Origin: Squalus acanthias
Lineage: Eukaryota
Length of the DNA: 64,000 nt
Direction: 5' to 3'
Assembly (NCBI GenBank): GCA_030390025.1
Contig: CM059432.1
Coordinates: forward strand, 73,658,001-73,722,000
Shown: one piece after another, positions 31,814 to 44,700 of the stretch
Position numbering within the stretch: the first letter of the stretch is position 1
Layout: each line of letters begins with the position of its first letter
Made by a program: the position numbers and the translations under genes
The notes under the pieces: model-generated
The model's database searches: none
What the model was told of the DNA's origin: nothing
Seen by the model: the letters and a program-made list of their open reading frames with translations, nothing else

Positions 31814-33270
31814 AATGTCTTTGGACCCTGCTTCAGACTCCATATCCTTGCCACTGATTCCAGACCCATCCCTGGCCACTATCTCAAGCTGAATCAGACT
31901 TTTTGCAACATCGGTGTCCTATTCAACTCCAAACTGAGTTTCTGACCCTCTGTTCTCTTCATTCTTTCTATCCTACTTCCATCTTCATAATATAGCCTGC
32001 ATCCATTCCTACCTTAGCCCATCTTGCTGCTGAAACCCTCATCCATGCCTTAGTCACCTTCATATTTAATTATTCCAATGCTTTGCTAGTCGGCCTCCCA
32101 TCCTCCACCCTCTATAAACTTCAGCTCATCCAAAACTCGACTGCCCAAATCCTATCCCACACCAAGTCCCATTCACACATCACCCCTTTCCTCGTTGGCC
32201 TACATTGGAATGTTTTTCTATGTTAAAATATATATTAAAGTTGTTGTTCTTTATATACCTCTATGAGATACCACCTTTCTAAGATGAAGAGTTCAAGTTT
32301 CTCCAGTCTTTCTTTATAGCTCAGACCTTTAACATGGGATCAGCACTGTCCTTGTTTGGTATTATCTACAAATATAACCACTTTGCATTAAATTTGAAGT
32401 CATATCATTTATGTAAATTAGAATTCATAATGGTCCCAGCATCAAGCTCTGAGGTACCCTACTCAGCCCTTCTCCCCACTGTGACATAACTCCTCTAACA
32501 TGTACCTATTGGTATTTTTTACTCTTCAGCCAGTTTCTTAGTCATTCCCAAGGTTCACCCTAAATCCCACAGCCTTTCATGTGAAACTTTCTCTTAAGAC
32601 TTTTGGAAATCAAGATACACCAAGTTGTAGGGCTTAACACACTTCATTTGTGTTATCACTTCTACAAAGAAGTCGAGGAGATGGTCAGGCAGGAACTTCC
32701 CCTTTTGAATCCATGTTGACTGCTACTAACTAGACTATTGTTGTACAGATGATCATCTCGTTTGCACCTGATAATTGATTCCATTATTTTATATGGAACA
32801 GAAGTAAGACAAATGTACTATTGTGAAAATCATTAGAGGTGATATTGTGGTTGGACATTATCAGCAAGGGAATATAAAAAACAGGCTTCTGCTTTTAATC
32901 TGCATGAGTTGTTGTTTATTGTCTGATTGGCTTCTGACAAATTTAAGTTTTCACTTAATTAAACCTTTTTGTTCCTACGTAAGTTGTCAGCTGTAACTTA
33001 ACATGTGAAGAATATCACACACATCTAAGTAGCCTATTATATCTTTATTGACAAATAAAGTATTACACTGTTAGATTGTGATAATTGCTCTTGCCATATG
33101 CATCATCTTATGCTTTTGTAAATAATTAATGATTACAAAGAACAACATTACAGCAAGTAGGAAACATAAATAGCTCAGTCATTTAACAATCTTGTAATGG
33201 CGCTACTTACCAATTATTAATCATTTATTTGTAATGAAATCAGCACAGTATTAAGGTTCCCAATAAACTG

Positions 33271-36200
33271 AAACATAGAAACATAGAAGATAGGAGCAGG
33301 AGTAGGCCGTTCGGCCCCTCGAGCCTGTTCCGCCATTTAATGAGATCATGGCTGATCATCCAAATTCAGTACCCTGTCCCTGCTTTCTCCCCATATCCCT
33401 TGATCCCTTTAGCCTTAAGAAATATATCTAACTCATTCTTGAATATATTTAATGAATTGGCCTCAACTGCCTTCTGTGGTAGAGAATTCCAGAGGTTCAC
33501 CACTCTCTGGGTGAAGAAATTCCTCCTCATTTCTGTCCTAAATGGCTTACCCCTTATCCTTAGACTGTGACCCCTGGTTTTGGACTCCCCCGCCATCGGG
33601 AACATCCTTCCTGCATCTAGTCTGCCTAGTCCTGTTAGAATTTTATAAGTTTCAATGAGATCCCCTCTCATTCTTCGAAACTCTAGCGAATACAAGCCCA
33701 ATCCATCCAATCTCTCTTCATACGTCATTCCTGCCATCCCAGGAATCAGTCTGGTGAATCTTCGCTGCATTCCCTTCGTGGCAAGAACATCCTTCCTCAG
33801 ATAAGGCGACCAAAACTGCACACAATACTCAAGGTGTGGTCTCACCAAGGCCCTGCACAACTGCAGCAAGACATCCTTGCTCCTGTACTCGAATCCTCTC
33901 GCTATGAAGGCCAACATACCATTTGCCTTCTTAACCGCCTGCTGCACCTGCATGCTTACCTTCAGCGACTGGTGCACAAGGACACCCAGGTCTCGTTGCA
34001 CTTCCCCTTTTCCCAATCTATTGCCGTTCAGATAATAATCTGCCTTCCTGTTTTTGCCACCAAAGTGGATAACCTCGCATTTATCCACATTATACTGCAT
34101 CTGCCATGCATCTGCCCAATCACCCAACCTGTCCAAATCATACTGGAGTTTCTCTGCATCCTCCTCACAGCACACACGCCCACCCAGCTTTGTGTCATCT
34201 GCAAACTTGGAGATATTACATCTAGTTCCCTCGTCTAGAACATTAATATATATTGTGAATAACTGGGGTCCAAGGACCAATCCCTGCAGTACCCCACTAG
34301 TCACTGCCTGCCACTCAGAAAAAGACCCGTTTATTCCAACTCTTTGCTTCCTGTCTGCCAACCAGTTCTATATCCAAGTCAGTACCTTACCCCCAATCCC
34401 ATGTGCTTTAACTTTGCACACTAATCTCTTATGCGGGACCTTATCGAAAGCCTTCTGAAAGTCCAAATACAACACATCCACTGGTTCTCCCTTATCTATT
34501 CTATCAGTTACATCCTCAAAAAATTCCAGTAGATTAGTCAAGCATGATTTACCTTTTGTAAATCCATGTTGACTTTGTCCGATCCTGTCACTGTTTTCCA
34601 AGTGCTCTGCTATTACATCTTTTATAATGGACTCTAGCATTTTCCCCACTACCGATGTCAGGCTTACCGGTCTATAATTCCCCATTTTCACTCTACCACC
34701 TTTTTTAAATAGTGGGGTTACATTAGCTACCCTCCAATCAATGGGAACTGTTCCAGAGTCTATAGAATTTTGGAAGATGACCAGCAATGCATCTACTATT
34801 TCTAGGGCCACTTCCTTAAGTACCCTAGGATGTAGATTATCAGGCCCTGGGGATTTATCGGCCTTCAATCCCGTCAATTTCCCGAACATCATTTCCCTAC
34901 AAATACTGATTTCATTCAGTTCCTCCCTCTCATTAGACCCTATGTTCCCCGACACCTCTGGGAGGTTATTTGTGTCCTCCTTTGTGAAGACAGAACCAAA
35001 GTATGTATTTAATTGGTCAGCCATTTCTTTGTTCCCCATTATAAATTCCCCTGATTCTGACTGCAAGGGACCTACGCTTGACTTCACCAATCTTTTTCTC
35101 TTCACATATCTATAGAAGCTTTTACAGTCAGTTTTTATGTTCCCTGAAAGCTTACTCTCATACTCTATTTTCCCCCTCTTAATTAATCCCTTTGTCCTCC
35201 TTTGCTGAATCCTAAACTGCTCCCAATCCTCAGGTTTGCTGCTTTTTCTGGCCAATTTATATGTCCTCTCCTTGGATCTTATGCTATCCCTAATTTCCCT
35301 TGTTAGCCACGGTTGAGTCACCTTTTTTGTTTTATTTTTATGCCAAACCGGGATGAACAAATTCTGTAGTTCATCCATGCGATCTTTAAATGTTTGCCAT
35401 TGCCTATCCACCATCAACCCTTTAAGTAACGTTCCCCAATCCATCCTAGCCAACTCGCGCCTTATACCATCGTAGTTTCCTTTATTTAAATTCAGAACCC
35501 TAGTCTCTGAGTCAACTACTTCACTTTCCATCTTAATGAAGAATTCTATCATATTATGATCGCTCCTCCACAAGGGGCTTCGCACAACAAGATTGCTAAT
35601 TAATCCTTTCTCATTACATAATACCCAGTCTAAGATGGCCTGATCTCTAGTTGGTTCCTCGACATATTGGTCCAGGAAACCATCCCGTATACACTCTAGG
35701 AATTCCTCCTCCACAGTATTGTTACTAATTTGGTTAGCCCAATCTATATGTAGATTAAAGTCACCCATGATAACTGCTGTGCCCTTATTGCACGTGTCTC
35801 TAATTTCCCATTTAATGCCATCCCCAACCTCAGCATTACTGTTTGGGGGTCTGTATACAACTCCCACTAACGTTTTCTGCCCCTTGGTATTTCTCAGCTC
35901 TACCCATACAGATTCCACATCATCAGAGCTAATATCCTTCCTTACTATTGTGTTAATCTCCTCTTTAACCAGCAATGCTACCCCACCTCCTTTTCCTTTT
36001 TGCCTGTCTTTCCTGAATATTGAATACCCCTGGATGTTGAATTCCCAGCCTTGGTCACCCTGGAGCCATGTCTCCATAATCCTAATTATATCATATCCGT
36101 TTACATCTATTTGCGCAGCTAATTCATCCACCTTATTACGAATGCTCCTCGCATTAAGACACAAAGCCTTCAGGCTTGTTTTTTTAACACTCTTCGACCT

Positions 36201-36336
36201 TTTAGAATTAGTATTTACTGTGGCCATGTTTGATTTACACCCTTGATTTCTCTGCCTTCCACTTTTGCTTTTCTCCTTCCTGTCTTTTGCTTCTATCCTT
36301 GTTTCCCTTTCCTCTGTCTCCCTGCACAGGTTCCCA
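33271..36336 (-). mobile_element. CR1 LINE, 5'-truncated, complete ORF2 region
   Basis: (TTTCTATG)n tail at 33271-33288; ORF2 spans 36227-33366. Confidence 0.95.
33366..36227 (-). pseudogene. CR1 ORF2 (AP endonuclease + RT), one in-frame stop at 34368
   Basis: LCLNARS, ETW, GVVYRPP, MGDFN, SDH endonuclease motifs; YRPVSLTS, LDFQKAFD, FADD RT motifs. Confidence 0.95.
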
Positions 36337-36644
36337 ACTGAAGGTTTATAAGGCAGTTGTCCTTACCAATCTCCTGTATAGAAACATAGAAACATAGAAA
36401 ATAGGTGCAGGAGTAGACCATTCGGTCCTTCGAGCCTGCACCGCCATTCAATGCGTTCATGGCTGAACATGCTACCTCAGTACCCCATTCCTGCTTTCTC
36501 GCCATACCCCTTGATACCCCTAGTTGTGAGTATTATATCTAACTCCCTTTTGAATATATTTTGCGAACTGATTCCACAGATTCACCACTCTCTGGGTGAA
36601 GAAGTTCCTCCTCATCTCAGTCTTAAATGGCTTCCCCTTTATCC

Positions 36645-39386
36645 TTAGACTGTGACCCCTGGTTTTAGTTTCCCTAACATTGGAAACATTCTGCCCGCAT
36701 CTAATTTGTCTAAACCAGTCAGGATTTTAAACGTCTCTATAAGATCCCCCCTCATTCTTCTGAACTCCAGAGGATACAAGTTCAGTTGATCCAGTCTTTC
36801 TTGATATGTCAGTCTGGCCATCCCAGGAATCAATCTAGTGAACCTTCGTTGCACTCCCTCAATAGCAAGAATGTCCTTCCTCAAGTTAGGAGACCAAAAC
36901 TGCACACAATACTCCAGGTGTGGCCTCACCAAGGCCCTGTACAACTGTAGCATCACCTCCCTACTCCTGTACTCAAATCCCCTTGCTATGAAGGCCATCA
37001 TGCCATTTGCTTTCTTGACTGCCTGCTGCACTTGCCTTCCCACCTTCAGTGACTGATGTACCATGACGCCCAGGTCTCGTTGCACCTCCCCTTTCCCTAA
37101 TCTGCCACCATTCAGGTAATAGTCTGCCTCCCTATTTTTACCACCAAAGTGGATAACCTCACATTTATCCACATTGTACTTCATCTGCCATACATTTGCC
37201 CATTCACCCAACCTGTCCAAGTCACTCTGTAGCCTCCTAGCATCCTCCTCATTGTTCACACTGCCTCCCAATTTAGTGTCATCCGCAAATTTGGAGAAAT
37301 TACAATTAATCCCTTCGTCCAAATCATTAATATATAATGTAAACAGCTGGGGTCCCAGCACCGAACCCTGCGGTACCCCGCTGGTCACTGCCTGCCATTC
37401 TGAAAAGTACCCATTTACTCCTACTCTTTGTTTCCTGTGTGCCAACCAGTTCTCAATCCACGTCAACACATTACCCCCAATCCCATGTGCTTTAACTTTG
37501 CACACCAATCTCTTGTGTGGGACCTTGTCGAAGGCCTTCTGAAAGTCCAAATACACCACATCTACTGGTTCCCCCCCGTCCACCCTATTGGAAACATCCT
37601 CAAAAAATTCCAGAAGATTTGTCAAGCATGATTTCCCTATCACAAATCCATGCTGACTTGGACCTATCATGTCGCCACTTTCCAAATGGACTGTTATGAC
37701 ATCTTTAATAATTGATTCCATCATTTTACCCACCACCGATGTCAGGCTGACCGGTCTATAATTCCCTGCTTTCTCCCTCCCTCCTTTTTTAAAAAGAGGG
37801 GTTACATTAGCCACCCTCCACTCCTTCAGAACTGATCCAGAGTCTAAGGAATGTTGGAAAATGATCGTCAATGCATCCACTATTTCCAAGGCCACCTCCT
37901 TAAGTACTCTGGGATGCAGACCATCAGGCCCTGGGGATTTATCAGCCTTCAGTCCCATCAATTTCCCCAACACCTTTTCCCGACTGATAAGGATTTCCCT
38001 CAGCTCCTCCCTCTTACCAGATCCTTTGATCTCTTTTATTTCCGGAAGGTTGTTTGTGTCCTCCACAGTAAACACCGAACCAAAGTACTTGTTCAATTGA
38101 TCTGCCATTTCTTTGTTCCCCATTATGACTTCCCCTGTTTCTGACTGCAAGGGACCTACGTTTGTTTTTACTAACCTCTTTCTTTTTACATATTTATAGA
38201 AGCTTTTGCAGTCCGTTTTAATGTTCTCTGCAAGCTTCCTTTCATATTTTATTTTCCCTGCCCTAATCAAACCCTTCGTCATCCTCTGCTGAGTTTTAAA
38301 GTTCTCCCAGTCCCCGGGTTTGCTGCTACTTCTGGCCAATTTGTATGCCACTTCCTTGCTTTTAATACTATCCCTGATTTCCCTTATTAGCCATGGTTGA
38401 GCCACCTTCCCTTTTTTATTTTTACGCCAGACAGGGATGTACATTTGCTGTAGTTCATCCATGCGGTCTCTAAATGTCTGCCATTGCCCTTCCACTGATA
38501 ACCCCTTAAATATCGCTTGCCAATCTAACCTCGCCAATTCACGCCTCATACCCTCAAAGTTGCCCTTATTTAAGTTCTGGACCATGGTCTCTGAATTAAC
38601 TGTTTCCTTCTCCATCCTAATGTAGAACTCCACCATACTATGGTCACTCTTCCCCAAGGGGCCTCGCACCACAAGATTGCTGATTAGTCCTTCCTCATTA
38701 CACAACACCCAGTCCAGGATGGCCTCCCCTCTAGTTGGTTCCTCAACATATTGGTTTAGGAAACCATCCCTTAAACACTCCAGGAAATCCTCCTCCACCG
38801 TATTGCTTCCAGTTTGAGTAGCCCAATCTATATGCATATTAAAGTCACCCATGATAACTGCTGCGCCTTTTTTGCATGCACCTCTGATTTCCTGTTTCAT
38901 ACCCTCCCCCACCTCACTACTACTGTTTGGAGGTCTGTACACAACCCCCACTAACGTTTTCTGCCCTTTGGTGTTCTGCAGCTCAAACCATATTGATTCC
39001 ACATCCTCCAAGCTAATGTCCTTCCTAGCTATTGCATTAATCTCCTTTTTAACCAGCGATGCTACCCCATCCCCTTTTCCTTTTATTCTATCCTTCCTGA
39101 ATGTTGAATACCCCTGGATATTCAGTTCCCAGCCTTGATTGTTCTGGAGCCACGTCTCTGTAATCCCAATCACATCATATCCGTTAACATCAATTTGCAC
39201 AGTCAATTCATCCACCTTATTACGGATACTCCTTGCATTAAGACACAGAGCCTTTAGGCTTGTTTTATTAACACCCTTTGTCCTTTTAGACTTATGATTT
39301 AGTATGGCCCTTTGTGTTTCTTGCCTTTGTTTACTCTGATTTCCCTTATTGTTTCTCACCCTTCTAACATTTGTTTCTGACTGCAT
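36645..39386 (-). CDS. CR1 ORF2, 913 aa, frameshifted only near the C-terminus
   Basis: Uninterrupted APE and RT domains (GVPQGSVLGP, FADD); leaves the consensus frame just before the TRGH motif (~36660). Confidence 0.92.
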   Translation of the reverse strand: MQSETNVRRVRNNKGNQSKQRQETQRAILNHKSKRTKGVNKTSLKALCLNARSIRNKVDELTVQIDVNGYDVIGITETWLQNNQGWELNIQGYSTFRKDRIKGKGDGVASLVKKEINAIARKDISLEDVESIWFELQNTKGQKTLVGVVYRPPNSSSEVGEGMKQEIRGACKKGAAVIMGDFNMHIDWATQTGSNTVEEDFLECLRDGFLNQYVEEPTRGEAILDWVLCNEEGLISNLVVRGPLGKSDHSMVEFYIRMEKETVNSETMVQNLNKGNFEGMRRELARLDWQAIFKGLSVEGQWQTFRDRMDELQQMYIPVWRKNKKGKVAQPWLIREIRDSIKSKEVAYKLARSSSKPGDWENFKTQQRMTKGLIRAGKIKYERKLAENIKTDCKSFYKYVKRKRLVKTNVGPLQSETGEVIMGNKEMADQLNKYFGSVFTVEDTNNLPEIKEIKGSGKREELREILISREKVLGKLMGLKADKSPGPDGLHPRVLKEVALEIVDALTIIFQHSLDSGSVLKEWRVANVTPLFKKGGREKAGNYRPVSLTSVVGKMMESIIKDVITVHLESGDMIGPSQHGFVIGKSCLTNLLEFFEDVSNRVDGGEPVDVVYLDFQKAFDKVPHKRLVCKVKAHGIGGNVLTWIENWLAHRKQRVGVNGYFSEWQAVTSGVPQGSVLGPQLFTLYINDLDEGINCNFSKFADDTKLGGSVNNEEDARRLQSDLDRLGEWANVWQMKYNVDKCEVIHFGGKNREADYYLNGGRLGKGEVQRDLGVMVHQSLKVGRQVQQAVKKANGMMAFIARGFEYRSREVMLQLYRALVRPHLEYCVQFWSPNLRKDILAIEGVQRRFTRLIPGMARLTYQERLDQLNLYPLEFRRMRGDLIETFKILTGLDKLDAGRMFPMLGKLKPGVTV

Positions 39387-39433
39387 ATTACTTCCCCCTG
39401 TTTCACTACATAGGTTCCCATTCCCCTGCCATA

Positions 39434-40440
39434 TTAGTTTAAATCCTCCCGAACTGCCTTAGCAAATATTACCCCGAGGACATCGGTTCCAGTCCTGCCC
39501 AAGTGCAGACCGTCCCTTTTGTACAGGTCCCACTTCCCCCAGAACTGGTTCCAATGCCTCAGGTATTTGAATCCCTCCCTCCTGCACCACTGCTCAAGCC
39601 ACGTATTTAATCTCGCTATCCTGTTCATGCTACTATGATTAGCACGTGGCACTGGTAGCAACCCAGAGATTACTACCTTTGAGGTCCTACTTTTCAATTT
39701 AGCTCCTAGCTCCCTAAATTCTGCTTGTAGGACCTCTTCCCGCTTTTTACCTATATCGTTGGTACCTACATGCACCACCACAGCTGGCTCTTCACCCTCC
39801 CTTTCCAGAATGTTCTGCAGCCGCTCCGAGACATCCTTGACCCTTGCACCAGGGAGGCAACATACCATCCTGGAATCTCAGTTGCGGCCACAGAAACTCC
39901 TGTCTATTCCCCTTACAATTGAGTCCCCTATCACTATAGCTCTACCACTCTTTTTCCCGCCCTGCTGTGCAGCAGAGCCAGCCATGGTGCCATGAACCTG
40001 GCTGCTGGTGCCTTCCCCTGGTAGGTTATTTTGTGATTTCAAATAAAACTGTTGGACTATAACCTGGTGTTGTGCGACCTCTCAAGGTTATTTCCCCCAA
40101 CAGTATCCAAAACGGTATATCTGTTTTGGAGGGAGACGACCGCAGGGGACTCCTGCACTACCTTCCTGATATTGCCCTGCCTCTTGGTCACCCATTTACT
40201 GTCTGACCTAGCCTTTACCCACGGTGTGTTCAACTCACTAAATGAGTAATCCACAAAGTTCTCGGCATCGTGGATGCTCCAGAGTGAGTCCATCCACAGC
40301 TCCAGTGCCGCCATGCGGTCCGTCAGGAGCTGCAGCTGGACGCACTTCCTGCACACATAGTTGTCAGGGACACTTCCAGTGTCCCTGATTTCCCACATAG
40401 CACAGGAGGAGCACGACACGGTTCCGAGATTTCCTGCCAT
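39434..40440 (-). pseudogene. CR1 ORF1: zinc finger/coiled coil plus SGNH esterase, interrupted by a Penelope-like insertion
   Basis: CSSC...CRKC followed by a Leu-rich helix; esterase motifs VIGDS, CLPGA, VHVGTND, DGLHL. Confidence 0.88.
40032..40084 (+). mobile_element. Very short Penelope-like insertion in CR1 ORF1
   Basis: Same tgtgatttcaaataaaactgttggactataacctggtgttgtgcgac core; flanked by AGGTTATTT duplication. Confidence 0.75.
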
Positions 40441-40899
40441 GACTTAACCCTTATATTACTTTATTAAGTTAAGTCCCTGAAAACAAAATATAAATCGAAC
40501 CTACCTTTTAAATTCCCTCTACCCCTAAAGGTTAGAGGAGGTGGGAGGGTGGGAGACACTACTAGTGTAGTGTCTCGGGTTTAGCAACAGCTCCACCTAT
40601 ATACGGGTACCAATGAATTGGCCCCGCCCTCTGACTTTGACCCCTGCTGATTGATTAGAAAACTGGTTTCCACTGCCTGCTGTGCCAATTTACTGCTACT
40701 GCAGTGTAACCTTGTTTTACTCTTCTTAAACCAACAGAATACCAAATAGTTAACTTTTCCCCTTCACTTAAACTGCTTAAGTACTCTTATCAAGAATGAT
40801 TTAAAGAGAACTAACAATTAAAGAACTACTCCCACTTACCCAAACTCACAGCACTCTCTGCTGACTTGCACTCAGTGCTGGCTCGCATGGATGTGAAAC

Positions 40900-41350
40900 A
40901 TGGACACTCTATAGAAGGCATGCTCAACAACTGGAAAGGTTTCACCAAAGACACCGTCACACCTTATTTTGTTTCCGGTGGCAAGGCAAGATGACTAACA
41001 GCAAAATACTGCAACGTGCTGACAGCATCAGCATTGAGGCTACGATAATGCCCAGCTCCATTAGGTTGAATATGTTAAGATGGTCGATGTACTGAAGCAG
41101 GTGCTTTCTAAGGAACTGGTGCATGGCAGAAGAAATCAAGGCGGACAGCAAAGGTACTACAAAGACAAACTGAAGATTCACTTGAAGCAATGCAACATGG
41201 TTGCTGACTCTTGGGAACCCTGGCCACTGACAGACCGCAATAATGTGCTGACGTGAGAGAAGGAGTGAAGAGCTTCGAACTACAGTGTGGATGCAAGTCA
41301 CAAGAGGTGGAAGGATTGGCAACAGAGGAATCAACAGAGAAATCAACAGG
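40900..41350 (+). mobile_element. Decayed RTE-clade LINE 3' remnant
   Basis: Fragments resembling YKDKLK..LKQCN....WE.LA.DR; heavily degraded. Confidence 0.45.
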
Positions 41351-41740
41351 AGAACGCCCACCACCGCGCCCCCCCCCACCCCACCCCCCCACCCGACCCC
41401 CAACCTCGGCCAGGAACATAGTTACATAGGCTAGTGGTAGACAATGTACAGCAATGCAACTGGGAATCTTTACCTTGGAGTCGGAGCGGGTGCGTAGCGG
41501 GTCGCCATCCTGAAGATTTCAACAGTGCGTTCTGCACTGCACGTTTAACTCAACGACACCAATTAAAAGAGTCATGCGAGTTTCCCGGCCCAATTACATG
41601 GAGCGGGTCTGATGACGTCACTGATGACTCGTTTTCAGCGTGGATATTTAAAGCAGCCTTGCACATATCACATTTGAAGGTTGCTGTAGGTGATTTCCAG
41701 AGATCTAAATTGCTAAATAACATTAACAATTCTGTGGGTC

Positions 41741-44700
41741 ATGGAGACACAAAGGCAGAGGGCAGCCACAAGATTTCCAGATGCCTCCCTGGAAATGCTG
41801 GTCCAGGGAGTAAGAGCAAGCAGGGAGGTCCTCTTCCCTGCGGATGGCAGAAAAAGACCCGCAAAAGAGACAAAGAGGGCATGGCTAGACATCGCAGAGG
41901 AGGTCAGCAGCAGAGATGTGGTGAGGAGAACGTGGATCCAGTGCCGCAAGAGATTCAATGATCTCATGAGGTCAGGAAAGTTGAGTGCAATGCCACACTC
42001 ACCCACATCCTGATGTGCCTCTCAACACATCCCCATCACTCTGCCTTCCCAAGCCCACTCCTGCACATCACTCCTTACACCAACCTACTTTGCAGGACCA
42101 CCCATCCCTCTCTGTCTATGCACCTACTCACATCCCCAAATGACTAACCACCACTGACACTCACTCTCAATCATAGCAAGTAACAACACTGAAGGAGGTC
42201 ATTTGGCAATGTCACCCCACTCCCTCATAGTCACCCTCTACAGATGTAGCCCATCCATTCCTTACACTCATTCCATCACTCTCACTCAAAGTTCTCTTTT
42301 TTCCTTCCTTGCAGGAGAAGAGAGCCCACAACAATAGGGATAGGCAGAGAACCGGAGGTGGCCCTCCAGTCTTCGCAAATTTGACTCCAGCAGAGGAGGA
42401 GGCCCTGGAGATCTCTGAAGTTGCAGAGTTGCTGGCGGTGGGAGATGGAGAGAGAGGGATCTCCCAGCTACCTGGTGACAGAATTAAATCTCATACAGCC
42501 ACATGGCATACAACAGTCACTCATGTTGACCAATGTCAGCAGCCAGTGAAATGACATCATGTGCATAATGGTAACATTACCCATTCTTATCATAAGACTT
42601 CTAATTCATCTCTTTACTCTCCCACAGGTCCCCCCATCAAGTGCCCCCCGCCCCCCCCCCCCCCCCACTGTCCAGCCGGAGGAGGAAGACGACTCCTCAG
42701 AGGAAGCTCCAGTCTCTGAGGGTGCACCATCAGCAGACCCAAGCGCACCCAGCACCAGCGCAGATACGCACACCTCGGTGGGTCCTGTGTGAGATAAAGT
42801 AGTGTTGGTACCTGGTATATCACACTTCACAAGTGAGTAAGAGATGATATTGACAGGGACAACAGAGGAGACTCCTCGCCGGAGGGCGCAGGATGCTCCA
42901 AGCTCTGCTGAGCTGCATGCAGATGCTGCACCTCAGGGGCTATCGAGAAAGAGGGTGATCTTGGAGGGGCAGCAACAATTGCATGAGGTTCTGGCAGCTT
43001 TTACAGACGCGATGTGTGCAAATGTACAGAGAATATAGGAATCCATCTCCAACATGAGCACCACCATCTCGTAGGCAATGGTGACGATGTGCTGTTCCAT
43101 GGAAAGGATGGCCACCTGCATGGAGCAGAAAATGCACCAGTCCAACGAGAACATGCTTTCCGTGAACAACAGATTGTAGAAGCTCATTGACCTCATCTCA
43201 AGGAGGAATACTAACCTAGACTTGGGCGTTCATCGCCTCACTGATGTGTAGCAGGGTGCTCCCCAGCTCCTTGCTAGCAGGGAAGTACAGGTGGCCCATG
43301 AGAGGGATGATGATAAGTAGGGACATGGAAGTGGGGGCTCTTCTCAAAGCACTCCCCCTTCTCTCCCATTGCCTCCCCCTCACATGCTGCCTTGGGTACC
43401 GATGGCCGAGTCTGCCCCTGCATAGTTGCAAGAGGAGCAATCTTTGACGGAGCCTTCACAGGCTCCAGAACACAGAGGACCTCTGCCAAAAGTGTCTAAG
43501 CAGTCACAGCAAGGAATTGAGCAGCTGCCTCTACCTCTGCTGAAGCCACAGGGGTTGCACCTCGTAGTGAAGGGATAATTACTAGTCCTAGCCCTTTTCG
43601 GGCCACCCCGGATCAGGCGTATTCCCCAGACGTTCACCTTCAACTAAAGTTAGAGATAGCCGAATCCTAGAAGACGCTTAATTGGGTCTAAAGGTTCAGA
43701 CTATCTCTCCCTAAAGGAAAGGAACGACTTGAAGATGTTACCGTCCTCCAGATAGCACTTTTAATAAGTTTAACTAGACTGTAACCTTCCGGATATTATG
43801 AGGGTCTGGAAAACTCCCCCAGAATTCTGCAACTCCTCACCAAAGAGTGTACAGAGATTGAGTTCGCGAGTTTGATACAGAAGTACTATGTGAGACAATT
43901 CTAAAAATATATAGATTTATTAAAGAACCGACATGTAGTTAACAGCTGGTGATTCAGTCGCAACATTAACAGTTCAAAATACAAATAGCTTACATTTCTT
44001 ATTCTCAGAGATCCTTATTCTTAAATCTTAACTTCGTTTCATTTTTACATTTCTACTTATTCTTAATCCAGGATATCCACCAAAATCAAATACAAGTACC
44101 TTTGATCACCCAAGACTCAAAGAGTTGTAAACTTACAGAGCTTGCCTCTAAAGTTGAAAATTGCTTGCCCCTTCCAGCAAATTTTGTCTTCCTATTTGAA
44201 AGTCCCATATTTTATATCCTTTTTTCAGTGGTATATCCTTTGAAGTTTTCTGCTAATGTAAGCTAATTATCTCTAGTTATATTTCTGTTGACTTCTTTCT
44301 ATTCTTACTGTCAGTTCAGCTGTTAGCTTGCAGACTTATGTCTGCTGTGTAGGTGTTCAAAACTTATCATAAAAATAATGTAACAGCAGTGGTTCTATTT
44401 GATGCCATTTTTACGAAGGTCCTCTATTCAATTCTTAAATCACCTCAGCTGGTTATAAGCAGACGTCATGTCTCCTAACTGTTCCAAGTTCAACACATAA
44501 ACAATGTGATTGCTTGGTGCATCTATTGATGTCATATTTATGAAAGTCTTCTGTTTGTATCTTTTACAACATGTAAATTAAAAACACTTCCACCGGGTAT
44601 CTCATTGTCTTCTTAGCTACCTCAACTGGTTGTACCACATAATCCTGTCTCCTGTTTCATTTGATATTATATTTATGAAGGCATATGGTTCTTTAATGTT

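Larger units (their letters stand above)
29590..32210 (+). mobile_element. Decayed L2 LINE ORF2 remnant interrupted by two MITEs
   Basis: Fragments resembling QSGF, GVPQGS.LGP.LF, MYADD, ETLIHALVT..YSNALL.GLP, KLQLIQN..A. Confidence 0.7.
36379..40610 (-). mobile_element. CR1 LINE, near full length (5' UTR, ORF1, ORF2, tail)
   Basis: (TTTCTATG)n tail at ~36379-36398; ORF2 and ORF1 both present; 5' boundary approximate. Confidence 0.93.
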
